IMG/VR virus record: IMGVR_UViG_3300017766_003215
Location: 1 to 30,132 of that record
Strand: one strand, 5' to 3'
DNA: 30,132 nt
Source: a virus
Taxonomy: Duplodnaviria > Caudoviricetes
In this document: one piece after another, positions 8,639-17,982 of the stretch
Numbering within the stretch: the stretch's first letter is position 1
Layout of the letters: every line of letters starts with the position of its first letter
Program-made: the position numbers and the translations under genes
Notes under the pieces: generated by a model
Told to the model about the DNA's origin: nothing
What the model saw: only the letters and a program-made list of their open reading frames with translations
Database searches by the model: none

Positions 8639-9225
8639 TGGGTCGCTCCTCGTCGCCGGCGGAACTGATCCGCAAGATCGAGGACACGACCGGCATGGCC
8701 GGTAAGAACAACAAGCGGGCGATCAAAAACGCCGCCGTGACGTTCAAGCAGGTCGGCCTGCGGATGCTCGCCGAGGAGGTCGGCTCCGACCTGCAGCTGT
8801 CGCACTGGCGGTACCGCAACGGCCAGTACATTCCACTGAAGCTCAACATCGGCTTCGAGCTCGAAGGCGAGCGGGACGTCAAGGCGATCATCCGACCCCG
8901 ACCGTGGCCCCGGTGGGCTCGGGTCTCCGGCCCCTGGTACATGCTCGAGTTCGGCGCACAGCCCCACCGGATCGTGCCGAAGCCTTCACGGGTGAAGCGT
9001 CAGACACGCGGCAAGGGCGCGAACACGAAGCGGGTCGGCGGCAGCCGGCGCCTCGTGTACCCGCCGGCGTTGCGGCTCGGCAACGGCCAGATGCGCTACG
9101 GCGTCAACCACCCGGGCACCCGCCCGACGCGCCTGTGGTCACGCATCGGACGCGAAGCGAAGCGTCCCGCGTGGGAGCGGTACCGCCTGCAGATGGCGCG
9201 CGAGACGGTCAAGCGGTTCCAGTGA
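8638..9225 (+). CDS. HK97 gp10-like neck/tail completion protein
   Basis: Basic 195 aa with LEFGAQPHRIVPK...ALRL...VNHPGTRP motif. Confidence 0.75.
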   Translation: MGRSSSPAELIRKIEDTTGMAGKNNKRAIKNAAVTFKQVGLRMLAEEVGSDLQLSHWRYRNGQYIPLKLNIGFELEGERDVKAIIRPRPWPRWARVSGPWYMLEFGAQPHRIVPKPSRVKRQTRGKGANTKRVGGSRRLVYPPALRLGNGQMRYGVNHPGTRPTRLWSRIGREAKRPAWERYRLQMARETVKRFQ

Positions 9226-10223
9226 GGGCGATCGTCGTCGGGCCGCTGGCGGCCTACTCGGTGGCCGACGTCGCCGCCGGCTGGGTGGACGGATTGCGCG
9301 AGGTCGGCGTCGACACCGCGTACTTCGACCTGTCGCTGCAGCTCGGCTACTTCCTCGCCGCCGAGGTGCGCGGCGAGACGATGACGGCGACGCAGGCCCG
9401 ACAGGCGGTCACGTACAACCTGCTCGCCGAGTGTTACCTGCTGCGACCCGACGTCGTCGTGATCGTCACCGGCAACGACCTCGACTACGAGCTCGCCGCC
9501 CGCATCGACGCGAAGAAGGTGCTGGTCCTCACCGAGTGCCCCTACGAGCTCGAAGGCCAGGCGCAGGCGTGCGCAGCGATCGAACCGGACCTGATCCTCG
9601 TCAACGACCCGCAGGGCGCCGAGGTGTACAGCCAGTTCGCCCCGACGTTCTACCTGCCGCACGCCTACCGGCCCGAGGTACACACACCGGGCAACTGGCG
9701 ACGGGACCTCGACTGCCTGTTCGTCGGCACCGGGTTCCCGAACCGGATCGAGTGGATCGCCTCGGCCGACTGGTCCGGTGTCGACCTGCACCTCGCCGGG
9801 ATGTGGAAGGGCCTCGACGACGCCCACCCGTTGCGCCGCTGCGTCCTCGACGTCGGCGTCGACGGCTGCACCGACAACGCCACCGAGACCGTGCCGCTCT
9901 ACCAGCGGGCGGTCACCACGTTCAACGTCTACCGGACCGACAGCTACGGAACGCACAGCCACGCCGACGGCGTGGCGATCTCACCTCGCGAGGTCGAGGC
10001 CGTCATGTGCGGGGTGTGGCTGTCACGAGACCCCCGTCCTGAGGGCGACGAGGTCCTGTCGATGTTCCCGACGTTCACCTCGCCCGACGAGATGGTCGAC
10101 CAGGTTCGCTGGGCGCTCGCTCACCGCGACGAGCGCGACGCCGCCGTCGAAGCCGGACGGGCGGCGCTCGCCGACCGGACGTTCGCCAACCACGCAGCCC
10201 GGGTCCTCGCCCGGCTGTTCTGA
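9222..10223 (+). CDS. Glycosyltransferase, GT-B fold, CgeB/Glyco_trans_1_2-like
   Basis: GTG 9222 overlaps the upstream stop; TECPYE, YLPHAYRPEVH, DCLFVGT..PNR, SPREVEAVMCG, RTFANHAARVL motifs. Confidence 0.85.
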   Translation: MRAIVVGPLAAYSVADVAAGWVDGLREVGVDTAYFDLSLQLGYFLAAEVRGETMTATQARQAVTYNLLAECYLLRPDVVVIVTGNDLDYELAARIDAKKVLVLTECPYELEGQAQACAAIEPDLILVNDPQGAEVYSQFAPTFYLPHAYRPEVHTPGNWRRDLDCLFVGTGFPNRIEWIASADWSGVDLHLAGMWKGLDDAHPLRRCVLDVGVDGCTDNATETVPLYQRAVTTFNVYRTDSYGTHSHADGVAISPREVEAVMCGVWLSRDPRPEGDEVLSMFPTFTSPDEMVDQVRWALAHRDERDAAVEAGRAALADRTFANHAARVLARLF

Positions 10224-10249
10224 TCCCCAACAACCAGGAGGAAGCCGAC

Positions 10250-10684
10250 ATGGCAACCAACGCAATCCACGGCCGCTTCGGTGCGCTGCTGGTCGACCAG
10301 TCGGCCGCTGCCAACGGGTCGGCATCACAGCTGGGCAACCTGTCCGACTGGTCCATCGACGGCCAGCGCGACCAGGTCGAGGTCTCGGTCCTCGGCGAGA
10401 ACGTCAAGACCTACGTCGCCGGCATGTCCGACTTCACCGGGACGCTCAACGGCGTGCTCAACACCGCGTCCAACGGGATCTACACCGTCGCCGACGGGAT
10501 CGCCCGGACCTTCTACCTCTACGTCGACAACACCGACGCCACGTCCAAGTCCCCGGTCCCGACCGGGAAGGGCTACTGGTACGGGCAGGCGCTGTTCAAC
10601 GGCGTGTCCACCCAGGGCGGCGTCGGCGACGCCGTGAAGTGGACGATCAACTGGTCCGCCGCCACCAGCATCTACCGGGTCTGA
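10250..10684 (+). CDS. Major tail (tube) protein
   Basis: AGGAGG RBS at 10236-10241; 144 aa; WSID...EVSVLG..KTYVAG.SDFTGTL motif; lies upstream of chaperone and tape measure. Confidence 0.85.
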   Translation: MATNAIHGRFGALLVDQSAAANGSASQLGNLSDWSIDGQRDQVEVSVLGENVKTYVAGMSDFTGTLNGVLNTASNGIYTVADGIARTFYLYVDNTDATSKSPVPTGKGYWYGQALFNGVSTQGGVGDAVKWTINWSAATSIYRV

Positions 10685-10691
10685 CCTGCTG

Positions 10692-11006
10692 ATGCTCTCC
10701 TTCGCCTGCACTGTCCCGAACGGGCAGGTCGTTCGCCTGGACGACCTGCCCATCGAGGATCTCCAACGGCTCGCCGGCGACGCCGGACTCGAGTCGTGGT
10801 TCGACCTGTACATGCAGCCAGCCCGTCACGGGAAGGCGACCATCGCCCTCTATCGCCACTGCTGTCAGGTGGCGGGCGACAAGCCGGTCGAGCCGATTAC
10901 TCCGAAGGTCATCCTGTCGGCGTTCACCGCCGTCGAGGACGACACGCTCCCGACCATGTGGGAGAACGGAAACCCTCCGACGGCGGACGACCAGACGACG
11001 CCGTGA
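10692..11006 (+). CDS. Tail assembly chaperone (short form; -1 frameshift form extends to 11101)
   Basis: Between tail tube and tape measure; the -1 frame encodes VIVWAARRYGWTPPQVRQCSWRDLQLLMEAER and ends on the tape measure start. Confidence 0.8.
   Translation: MLSFACTVPNGQVVRLDDLPIEDLQRLAGDAGLESWFDLYMQPARHGKATIALYRHCCQVAGDKPVEPITPKVILSAFTAVEDDTLPTMWENGNPPTADDQTTP
10970..10976 (+). other. Programmed -1 frameshift slippery site A AAC CCT
   Basis: X XXY YYZ heptamer in the correct phase near the chaperone 3' end; -1 frame is open to TGA 11099-11101. Confidence 0.7.
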
Positions 11007-11100
11007 TCGTCTGGGCGGCCCGCCGGTACGGATGGACCCCACCCCAAGTTCGCCAGTGTTCGTGGCGTGACCTGCAGCTGTTGATGGAAGCGGAGCGCTG

Positions 11101-13707
11101 ATGGCGACGACACGTGAGGTCCTCGAGTTCCTCATCGACGCCAACGTGCAGGGCTTCGTGTCCGGCATGGACAAGGCGGGGGCCGCCGCCGAACGTGAGC
11201 TCGGCAAGACCGACGAGCGCCTGGAGAAGATGGCCGGGCGCATGACCACGTGGGGCGCCGCCACCTTTGGTGCAGCGTCCGTCGCGGCGATCGGTCTGGG
11301 CAAGCTGGCGACGATGGCCGGCGAGTCCGAGGTCGCCCAGGCCAAGCTCGACAGCTCTATTGCCAACTCAACGCAGAGCTTCGTCGACAACGGCAAGGCG
11401 CTCGGCGACCTCGCCGACCAGCTGATGGGCAGCACCGTCGTCGACGACGAGGCCGTCAAGGGTGTCGAAGCGCTCCTCATTCAGTTCGGTTACACCGAAG
11501 ACCAGGTCCTGACACTGACTCCGCTGGTCGTCGACCTGTCCCGCAAGATGGGCATCGACCTCGAGACCGCAGCGAAAGCGGTGGGGCGCGCCGCAGGCGG
11601 GTCGACCACGGCGTTGCAGCGGATGGGCATCCAGGTCGACGCCATCGGCGAGGGCTCGACCGACATGGAGCGGACGATCTCGGCTCTGCAGCAGACCGTC
11701 GGCGGGTTCGCCCAGCAGGAGGCGCAGACCTTCAACGGTCAGCTCGGCATCCTGAAGAACCAGCTGTCCGAGATCGGCGAACAGGTCGGCGTCGGCGCGG
11801 CGTCGACGTTGGGCAACATCGTCGGGGCAGGCATCTCCCTCGCCGACGCACTCAACGGCGTCAACCCGGGGCTGTCGTCTGCGGCCGGGTCGCTGGCGAC
11901 GATCTCGGCGATCGGCGCCGGCGGCCTCGGTGCGCTGTCGTTCGCGACCGGACAGTTCCTGCAGATGCGCGACAACCTGTCGGGCGTTTTCGAGAAGTTG
12001 CGCGACAGCAACGGCCAGCTCACGAACTTCGGGCGCGCTGCGGCAGGCATCGGGTCACTGGCGATCGGCGCAGCAATCACCGCTGCCGTAATCGAGATCG
12101 GCAACTCCTTCAACAAGGGCAGCCAGGACGCACAAGCGTTCGCCGACAGCGTGCTCGTCCTGTCGGGCGCCGCTTCCGGCGATCAGCTCCAAGCGTTCGG
12201 CACGGCCGTCCAGTCGAACGTCGGCACGCTGGACAGCTGGTCGCGCAGCGTCGACGACGCCATCAAGTTCGGCGGCGGATGGACCGAAAACCTGAGCTAC
12301 ATCGGGGTGTCGCTCGCGTCGATGGGCGCGCTGCTGCCCGTCACTGCGTTCCAGCGGTTCTTCGGAAACAACTCAGACCTCGTCACCCAGCTCGGCGAAG
12401 GCGCGAACGCCGCCGAGATCGACCTGAACCAGCTGGGCGAAACCGTCGACAAGCTCGCCGAGTCAGGCTCCATCCCGGCACTGAAGTCGGCGCTCGCCCA
12501 GCTCGACAACATCCAGATCACCAACCCGGAGCAGCAGGCAGTCGTCGACGAGCAACGGGCCCGGCTGCAGGGCCTCGTCGACCAGCAGGTCAACGCCGCT
12601 GCCGGCCAGCGAAACCTCGACGTCGAAACCCGCAAGGCGACCGACGCCGCACGTCAGCAAGCGCTGGCAACCGGTGAAACAGCCGACGGTCTGGTCAAGG
12701 TGACAGCGACCGCCGAGGACCTAAAGGACATTCAGGGTGAGCTCACCCTCGAGCTCGCCAAGGTCACCGCCGAGTTCGACCTGGGTCGCGCTGCAGCCAA
12801 GGGATTCGCACGCGGCTACGAGGTCGTCACCGGGGACCTGCAGGGGATCGTCGACTCAGCGCAGGGTCTCGGCGAGGCGTTCAAGTCGTTCCGTACGACG
12901 ACCGACGAGGAGGGCCAGACCGTCGCAGCCGTCCTGTCGGCGCTGCCGTCGGAGGGGTTCGACCCCGTCGCTGCGTCCCTCGGCGGGTACACCGAGGCGC
13001 AGAACAAGGCGGTCGACGCGCTGCAGGGTTGGGGCGACGCCGTCAACAAGAGCCTGCAGGCACAGATCGCCGCCGGCGCCACGAACGAGGACGTGCTGGC
13101 CTCGGCGTCGAACTACGAGGCGTTCCTGCGGAACTACCTCATCGGCACGCTCGGGATGTCCGAGGAAGCCGCCCGCCAGTACATCGAGACGGTCGGCCTC
13201 ACGCCCGAGCAGGTGAACACGCAGATCCTGATCTCCGGCACCGAGGAAGCAAAGGCGCAGCTGCAGTTCCTGCAAGCCGACTTCGACAACTTGCCCGCCG
13301 AGGTCCAGTCGGAGATCTACGCCAAGGTCCGTCGAGGCGAATGGGACGCAGCGCTGGACGTCTACAACCAGTTCCAAGACAAGCAGGTCATCATCGGCGC
13401 CCTGTTCAGGCCCGGAACGATCCTGGGCTGGTTCGGTCAGAAGAATCCTGACGGCACTCCACGAGCCATCGGCGGGCCCGTGGCGGCCGGTGAGACGTTC
13501 ATGGTCGGCGAACGTGGCCCCGAGCTGTTCGTCCCGGAGACGTCGGGGATGATCGTGCCGAACAACCTGGTGCAGGACCTGTCGTCGTCACGTCAGACGT
13601 CAATGACGATCGGGTCGATCAACATCACCGAGTCGAGCGACGCCCGCCTGACCGCCTCCGAGGTGATCCGCCAGCAGCGCGACGCCATGTTCTTGGCGGG
13701 TGTGTGA
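11101..13707 (+). CDS. Tape measure protein
   Basis: 868-aa Ala/Gly-rich helical ORF after the chaperone; C-terminal RAIGGPV...VGERGPELFVP motif. Confidence 0.95.
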   Translation: MATTREVLEFLIDANVQGFVSGMDKAGAAAERELGKTDERLEKMAGRMTTWGAATFGAASVAAIGLGKLATMAGESEVAQAKLDSSIANSTQSFVDNGKALGDLADQLMGSTVVDDEAVKGVEALLIQFGYTEDQVLTLTPLVVDLSRKMGIDLETAAKAVGRAAGGSTTALQRMGIQVDAIGEGSTDMERTISALQQTVGGFAQQEAQTFNGQLGILKNQLSEIGEQVGVGAASTLGNIVGAGISLADALNGVNPGLSSAAGSLATISAIGAGGLGALSFATGQFLQMRDNLSGVFEKLRDSNGQLTNFGRAAAGIGSLAIGAAITAAVIEIGNSFNKGSQDAQAFADSVLVLSGAASGDQLQAFGTAVQSNVGTLDSWSRSVDDAIKFGGGWTENLSYIGVSLASMGALLPVTAFQRFFGNNSDLVTQLGEGANAAEIDLNQLGETVDKLAESGSIPALKSALAQLDNIQITNPEQQAVVDEQRARLQGLVDQQVNAAAGQRNLDVETRKATDAARQQALATGETADGLVKVTATAEDLKDIQGELTLELAKVTAEFDLGRAAAKGFARGYEVVTGDLQGIVDSAQGLGEAFKSFRTTTDEEGQTVAAVLSALPSEGFDPVAASLGGYTEAQNKAVDALQGWGDAVNKSLQAQIAAGATNEDVLASASNYEAFLRNYLIGTLGMSEEAARQYIETVGLTPEQVNTQILISGTEEAKAQLQFLQADFDNLPAEVQSEIYAKVRRGEWDAALDVYNQFQDKQVIIGALFRPGTILGWFGQKNPDGTPRAIGGPVAAGETFMVGERGPELFVPETSGMIVPNNLVQDLSSSRQTSMTIGSINITESSDARLTASEVIRQQRDAMFLAGV

Positions 13708-14189
13708 TGGCCGGTCTGACGTGGACGACGACGGCCGGGGACCTGACCATCGGCGGCGTCGCGATGAACTGCGCCGGCTGGAAGCTGACCGGCGACTCGC
13801 TGATGCGCCTGTGGATGCCAGCGCCCCAACGTGGCGACGACCGGATCGTGCCTGGCGCGTCGGGTGTCGTCGCGTTGCAGCGACGCAACACGTCACGTGC
13901 GGTGTCCCTGGACCTGCTGATCTCCGGTCTGGCCGACCGCAACGGGGTCGCAGCGACCGGCAGCTACGCCGCCCAGCTCTACACGAACATCGTCTACCTG
14001 CGCGACAACGTGGTCGCACCGACCAGCACCGGCGACGGCACCCGGTCCGCTGTGTTGACGATCCCGGGGGGCACCACGTTGACCGAGCCGGTGCACGTGC
14101 TGTCCCTTGAGACCGGTGAGGTGTCGCTCGACGGACGATGGGTGCGTGCCGTGCTCGGCATCAGCATCCCCAGCGGGAGGATTCAGTAA
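13707..14189 (+). CDS. Distal tail protein (Dit-like minor tail protein)
   Basis: First gene after the tape measure (TGATG); RGDDRIVPGASG motif; beta-rich 160 aa. Confidence 0.7.
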   Translation: MAGLTWTTTAGDLTIGGVAMNCAGWKLTGDSLMRLWMPAPQRGDDRIVPGASGVVALQRRNTSRAVSLDLLISGLADRNGVAATGSYAAQLYTNIVYLRDNVVAPTSTGDGTRSAVLTIPGGTTLTEPVHVLSLETGEVSLDGRWVRAVLGISIPSGRIQ

Positions 14190-14593
14190 TGGCGAACGCC
14201 ATCTACCCGAAGGCGAAGAAGGCGCTCCTCGACGGTGACGTGGACCTCCTGAACGACACGATCAAGATCGTGCTCTGCGACTCGGGCTACACGTACTCGT
14301 CGGCGCACGACTTCCTCGACGACATCGGGGCGTCGGCGCGTGTGGCGACCTCGGGCGCGCTGGCGTCGAGGACGACCACGGACGGCCAGTTCGACGCCGC
14401 CGACCTGACGTACAGCTCGCTGAGCGGTGACACGGTGACGAGCTGGGTGCTGTTCGTCGATACCGGGACGGAATCGACGAGCCGGCTGCTGGCGTACTTC
14501 GACACGGTGTCGGGCGGTGGCGCGCTGAGCTTCACGCCGAACGGCGGCAACTTCACCCTGTCCTTCGGGGCCAGCGGAATCCTGACCATCTGA
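14189..14593 (+). CDS. Minor tail protein
   Basis: ATG 14189 (TAATG); MANAIYPKAK...DTIKIVL...FDAADLT...LLAYFDT...TPNGGNFT matches a widespread phage tail protein pattern. Confidence 0.8.
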   Translation: MANAIYPKAKKALLDGDVDLLNDTIKIVLCDSGYTYSSAHDFLDDIGASARVATSGALASRTTTDGQFDAADLTYSSLSGDTVTSWVLFVDTGTESTSRLLAYFDTVSGGGALSFTPNGGNFTLSFGASGILTI

Positions 14594-14600
14594 GGTCGCT

Positions 14601-16025
14601 GTGACGACCGAGACGTTCAGCACACTTAGCGGCGGCGGCGGTCCGGTCGCGTTCACGACGTCGGCCGGCGCTGCGACCCGCACCTTCGACACGCTCGCGA
14701 CCGCGGCGCAACCCGGGGCGTTCACGACGGCGGTCCCGTCGGCGACGTTTACCCCGGCGAAGCTGATCGTCGAAGCGTGGTCGGCCGACAACGGCACGTA
14801 CCTCGGCGAGCTCGACCAGAGCTACAACCGACAGTTCCAGGATGAGCTGTCGGGTTTGGGCCGTGGCAGCGTGAGCGTCCTCGCCGCCGACGCCGACGCG
14901 TCGATCGACGCCCGGGTGCTGCGCTTCAAGGTCGCCACACCGCAGCAGCTGGCGTCGACCGGCGGCACCTACGCGTTCGCCAGTCGCGTCGAGCGCAAAC
15001 AGTGGCGCTACGACTCGGGGGAGGAATCGACCCGGGGGTTCACGCTCGAAGGGCGGGGGCTTGCCTCCATGTGGGAGGACGCTGTCGTCTACCCGTACGG
15101 CGGCGTTGGGGCCCGACCGATCAGCGACTCCCGGGCGTTCGCCTGGTACTCGCCGGAGCTGTCGACGACGGGCTGGTCGTCTGCGGTCGTCGCGATCTCC
15201 GGGCTCGTGAACGCAACCCGGACGGTGCCGCCGGTGCCGGACCCGTGGTTCCCGCCGAAGGGCTGGTCGTCGGTCCTGACCGGCACCGACTGGATCTGGA
15301 GCCGAGCGACCGGGACCGGCAACCCTGCCGGGTCGTCGCTGTTCCGCACGACGTTCACAGTGGCGAGCCTCGATCGCCCGGCGATCTTCTACACGGCGTC
15401 CTCGCGGTGTCGCCTGTGGATCGACGGCATCCAGATCACACCGGGCTGGACGTCGGAACCGAACGAGGAGAGCTTCACCGTGGCGAGTCGGGCCACCCCT
15501 CTCCTGACCGCCGGCACGCATTACCTGGCGGTCGAGGCCGAGACGCAGGCGTGGACCCCGACCCTGCCGGGTGTCTCCCGGGGCATCTTGCACGTGTCGG
15601 TCCACTCGGGCGGCGGGGTCGGTGCGCCGTACTCGAGCGGCAACCTGCTCGTCGGCACGAGCTCGTCGTGGAAGTGCCTCGACTACCCGACGGTGTACCC
15701 GGCACCGACGCCCGGTCGCATCCTGCGCCAGCTGCTCGAGGAGGCGCAGGCTCGCGGGACGCTCACCGGCTGGAGCCTGTCGTGCACCGACACAGTCGAC
15801 TCGGCCGGCCAGCCGTGGCCGTCGGACCAGGCGCACGTGTTCCGCATCGGCCAGACCTACGCCGACGTCCTGCGTCAGATGGCCGACACCTCGATTGAGT
15901 ACCGGGCGCAACCCGCAGGGCTGACGCTGGACGTGTACCGGAAGGACACGACGATCGTTGCGAACGCTGCGATGTTCACGATCGGGTCGAACCTCACCGA
16001 GCTCGAGGAGGACCAGCCGAAGTGA
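14601..16025 (+). CDS. Minor tail protein (Tal/hub-like, N-terminal part) with inserted jelly-roll domain
   Basis: GAGG RBS; FQDELSGLGRGSV, TLEGRG, TPGRILRQLLEEAQARG hub-like motifs; internal WIW...FRTTF...LWIDG...GTHYLAV segment. Confidence 0.75.
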   Translation: MTTETFSTLSGGGGPVAFTTSAGAATRTFDTLATAAQPGAFTTAVPSATFTPAKLIVEAWSADNGTYLGELDQSYNRQFQDELSGLGRGSVSVLAADADASIDARVLRFKVATPQQLASTGGTYAFASRVERKQWRYDSGEESTRGFTLEGRGLASMWEDAVVYPYGGVGARPISDSRAFAWYSPELSTTGWSSAVVAISGLVNATRTVPPVPDPWFPPKGWSSVLTGTDWIWSRATGTGNPAGSSLFRTTFTVASLDRPAIFYTASSRCRLWIDGIQITPGWTSEPNEESFTVASRATPLLTAGTHYLAVEAETQAWTPTLPGVSRGILHVSVHSGGGVGAPYSSGNLLVGTSSSWKCLDYPTVYPAPTPGRILRQLLEEAQARGTLTGWSLSCTDTVDSAGQPWPSDQAHVFRIGQTYADVLRQMADTSIEYRAQPAGLTLDVYRKDTTIVANAAMFTIGSNLTELEEDQPK

Positions 16026-16876
16026 GCACGATCAAGAACGCCCTGTTGACCCGGTTTCAGGGCGGGTACCGGACGGACACCGACGCCACGTCGATCAGCG
16101 CGAACGGACGGCGCGAGTCGTTCCTGTCGCTGACCTCCACGGCGAACAGCGCCAGCACCCTCGCAGCCATCGGCGAGTACCTCGACACGCTCGACTCGGG
16201 CATCACCACGGTGCGCGCCGGGCTCCTGCCGACGAGCGCCGCCGAGACGCCCTACGCAGGCGCGTGGGGTCCAGGCTCGACGGTCACCGTCCCGAGGCTG
16301 TCGAACAGCCTGACGGGCGAAGCGATGCAGGTCAGGTCGATCACCGTCACCGAGAACGACGCCACCGGCCAGCTCAGCTTCACCCCGGAACTCGTGCGCC
16401 CCGCCGAGACCAGGTTCCAGCAGTCCGACGGTCAGCTGCGACAGCTGAACGACGGCACGCTCAACGGCCGGTCGGCGGCGGCGACGATCGCCGGCGACCT
16501 GGACCCGGACGTCCGTGCCGGGCGGGTGCAGACCACCGAGACGACGTTCACGAAGGACAACCTCGAGGCGTCGGTCTCGCCGCCCTGGTCGCCGTCGAGT
16601 TACGTGCGTGTTCAATCGGCGCTCGTGCAGGTCAAGACCCGGGGCACGACGTCGACGACCTTGACGATCCGCCAGGGCACGACGGCCCTCACGTGGCTGC
16701 AGTCCGGTGGGGCGACGTCGTCGACGATCACGCTGCCGGCGAACACCGACAACATCTTCGCCATGACCACGTCGCACGTGCGGCTCGCACCGACCGACCA
16801 GCTGAGCGTCGAGATCCTGACGTTCGGCACGGGGGCTGCTGGTCTGACGGTGCAGGTGCTGATGGGCGAGGAGTGA
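16022..16876 (+). CDS. Minor tail protein (probable C-terminal hub part)
   Basis: GTGA overlap; GRRESFL, PY...WGPGSTVTV, VRSITVTEND motifs typical of hub C-terminal halves. Confidence 0.7.
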   Translation: MSTIKNALLTRFQGGYRTDTDATSISANGRRESFLSLTSTANSASTLAAIGEYLDTLDSGITTVRAGLLPTSAAETPYAGAWGPGSTVTVPRLSNSLTGEAMQVRSITVTENDATGQLSFTPELVRPAETRFQQSDGQLRQLNDGTLNGRSAAATIAGDLDPDVRAGRVQTTETTFTKDNLEASVSPPWSPSSYVRVQSALVQVKTRGTTSTTLTIRQGTTALTWLQSGGATSSTITLPANTDNIFAMTTSHVRLAPTDQLSVEILTFGTGAAGLTVQVLMGEE

Positions 16877-16877
16877 C

Positions 16878-17615
16878 GTGGCACGACCGGCCTTCGTGGG
16901 CGTCGGCACGCCGATCTACACCGCACCATTCGACTCGTCAGCAGTCTTCACTGTCACGACAGCAGACCTACCGTCTGGAATCCAGACCGGTGACACGCTG
17001 TTCGTATTCATCTTGGCGACCGGATCGACTGACAATCTCACGCCATACCTGTCGACTGATCTCATCGCCGCTGGGTACTCGTCTGCCGGTGTCCGAGAAC
17101 CGTCCACCTACACCAAGATGTATCTGCACGCAGGCGAGTATGACCCGGCCGACTTCCCTGCGAGTGTCGCTCGCAACAGCGGCAGCGCAGCGGCGTCTGC
17201 GGCACGCATTGAGACAGTTGCGTATCGGCATCTTGACTTCACGCCGACACTCACAGGTCAGGCATACAAGACGGCTGGCGCGTACCTAGACGCCACGTTG
17301 CCATCGGTCGCACAGATCGACGACAGTCAGGCAACGCCGACCGCCGCTGGTGGTCGAATCCTGCAGGTGACCTTTCAGGACATCGGCGACATTGGGATTG
17401 TCTCTAATGGCTACACGAGCATTGAGCGTCACCGACAGGTTGCGATAACCAACTTTGGCGGTGGGTTCGTTGTGGCCGACACGATCACTTACACCGAACC
17501 GTTCATCAAGTACGTGAGCGACGGCACGGGCGGCGTCGTGATGTCGATCGGCCTAGATGCGGACGGTGCACCGGAACCCGGCTCCGGCTGGGGCGTGGGC
17601 GCAATCAACTGGTGA
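16878..17615 (+). CDS. Minor tail / receptor-binding-like protein
   Basis: GAGGAG RBS; 245 aa, beta-rich; FVG...PSGIQTGDTLFVF motif; visibly more A/T-ending codons than its neighbours. Confidence 0.65.
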   Translation: MARPAFVGVGTPIYTAPFDSSAVFTVTTADLPSGIQTGDTLFVFILATGSTDNLTPYLSTDLIAAGYSSAGVREPSTYTKMYLHAGEYDPADFPASVARNSGSAAASAARIETVAYRHLDFTPTLTGQAYKTAGAYLDATLPSVAQIDDSQATPTAAGGRILQVTFQDIGDIGIVSNGYTSIERHRQVAITNFGGGFVVADTITYTEPFIKYVSDGTGGVVMSIGLDADGAPEPGSGWGVGAINW

Positions 17616-17630
17616 CCCCAGGAGGGCACG

Positions 17631-17981
17631 ATGGCGAAGAACGTCACCTTCGACGACACCGGCGCGCACGCGCCGTGGGCTGTTCGGGAGAACTGCACCT
17701 GGTCGCGAGAGTTCACGGCGAAGGCCGACGGCGTCGCCGTGAACCTGGCGTCCTACACGATCACCGCCGAGATCACCGCCGACGAGGTCACCGACGCAGC
17801 GTCCAAGTCGTTCACCGTGACGAAGACCGACGCCGCCGCCGGCAAGTTCAAGATCGTTGTCGCCGCAGCGGACGCGACGCTGACCCCGGGTCGGTACTGG
17901 TGGTCCATGCAGTGGAACGACGGGACCAACGACGTCCCGCTGTGCTCGGGCCCCTTCGTCGTGCACCAGTGGACGCTCTGA
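17631..17981 (+). CDS. Small baseplate/fibre adaptor protein (BppU-like, putative)
   Basis: GGAGG RBS; 116 aa; VNLASYT, DAAAGKF, LTPGRYWWSMQ, LCSGPFVV motifs; precedes the fibre. Confidence 0.65.
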   Translation: MAKNVTFDDTGAHAPWAVRENCTWSREFTAKADGVAVNLASYTITAEITADEVTDAASKSFTVTKTDAAAGKFKIVVAAADATLTPGRYWWSMQWNDGTNDVPLCSGPFVVHQWTL

Positions 17982-17982
17982 C

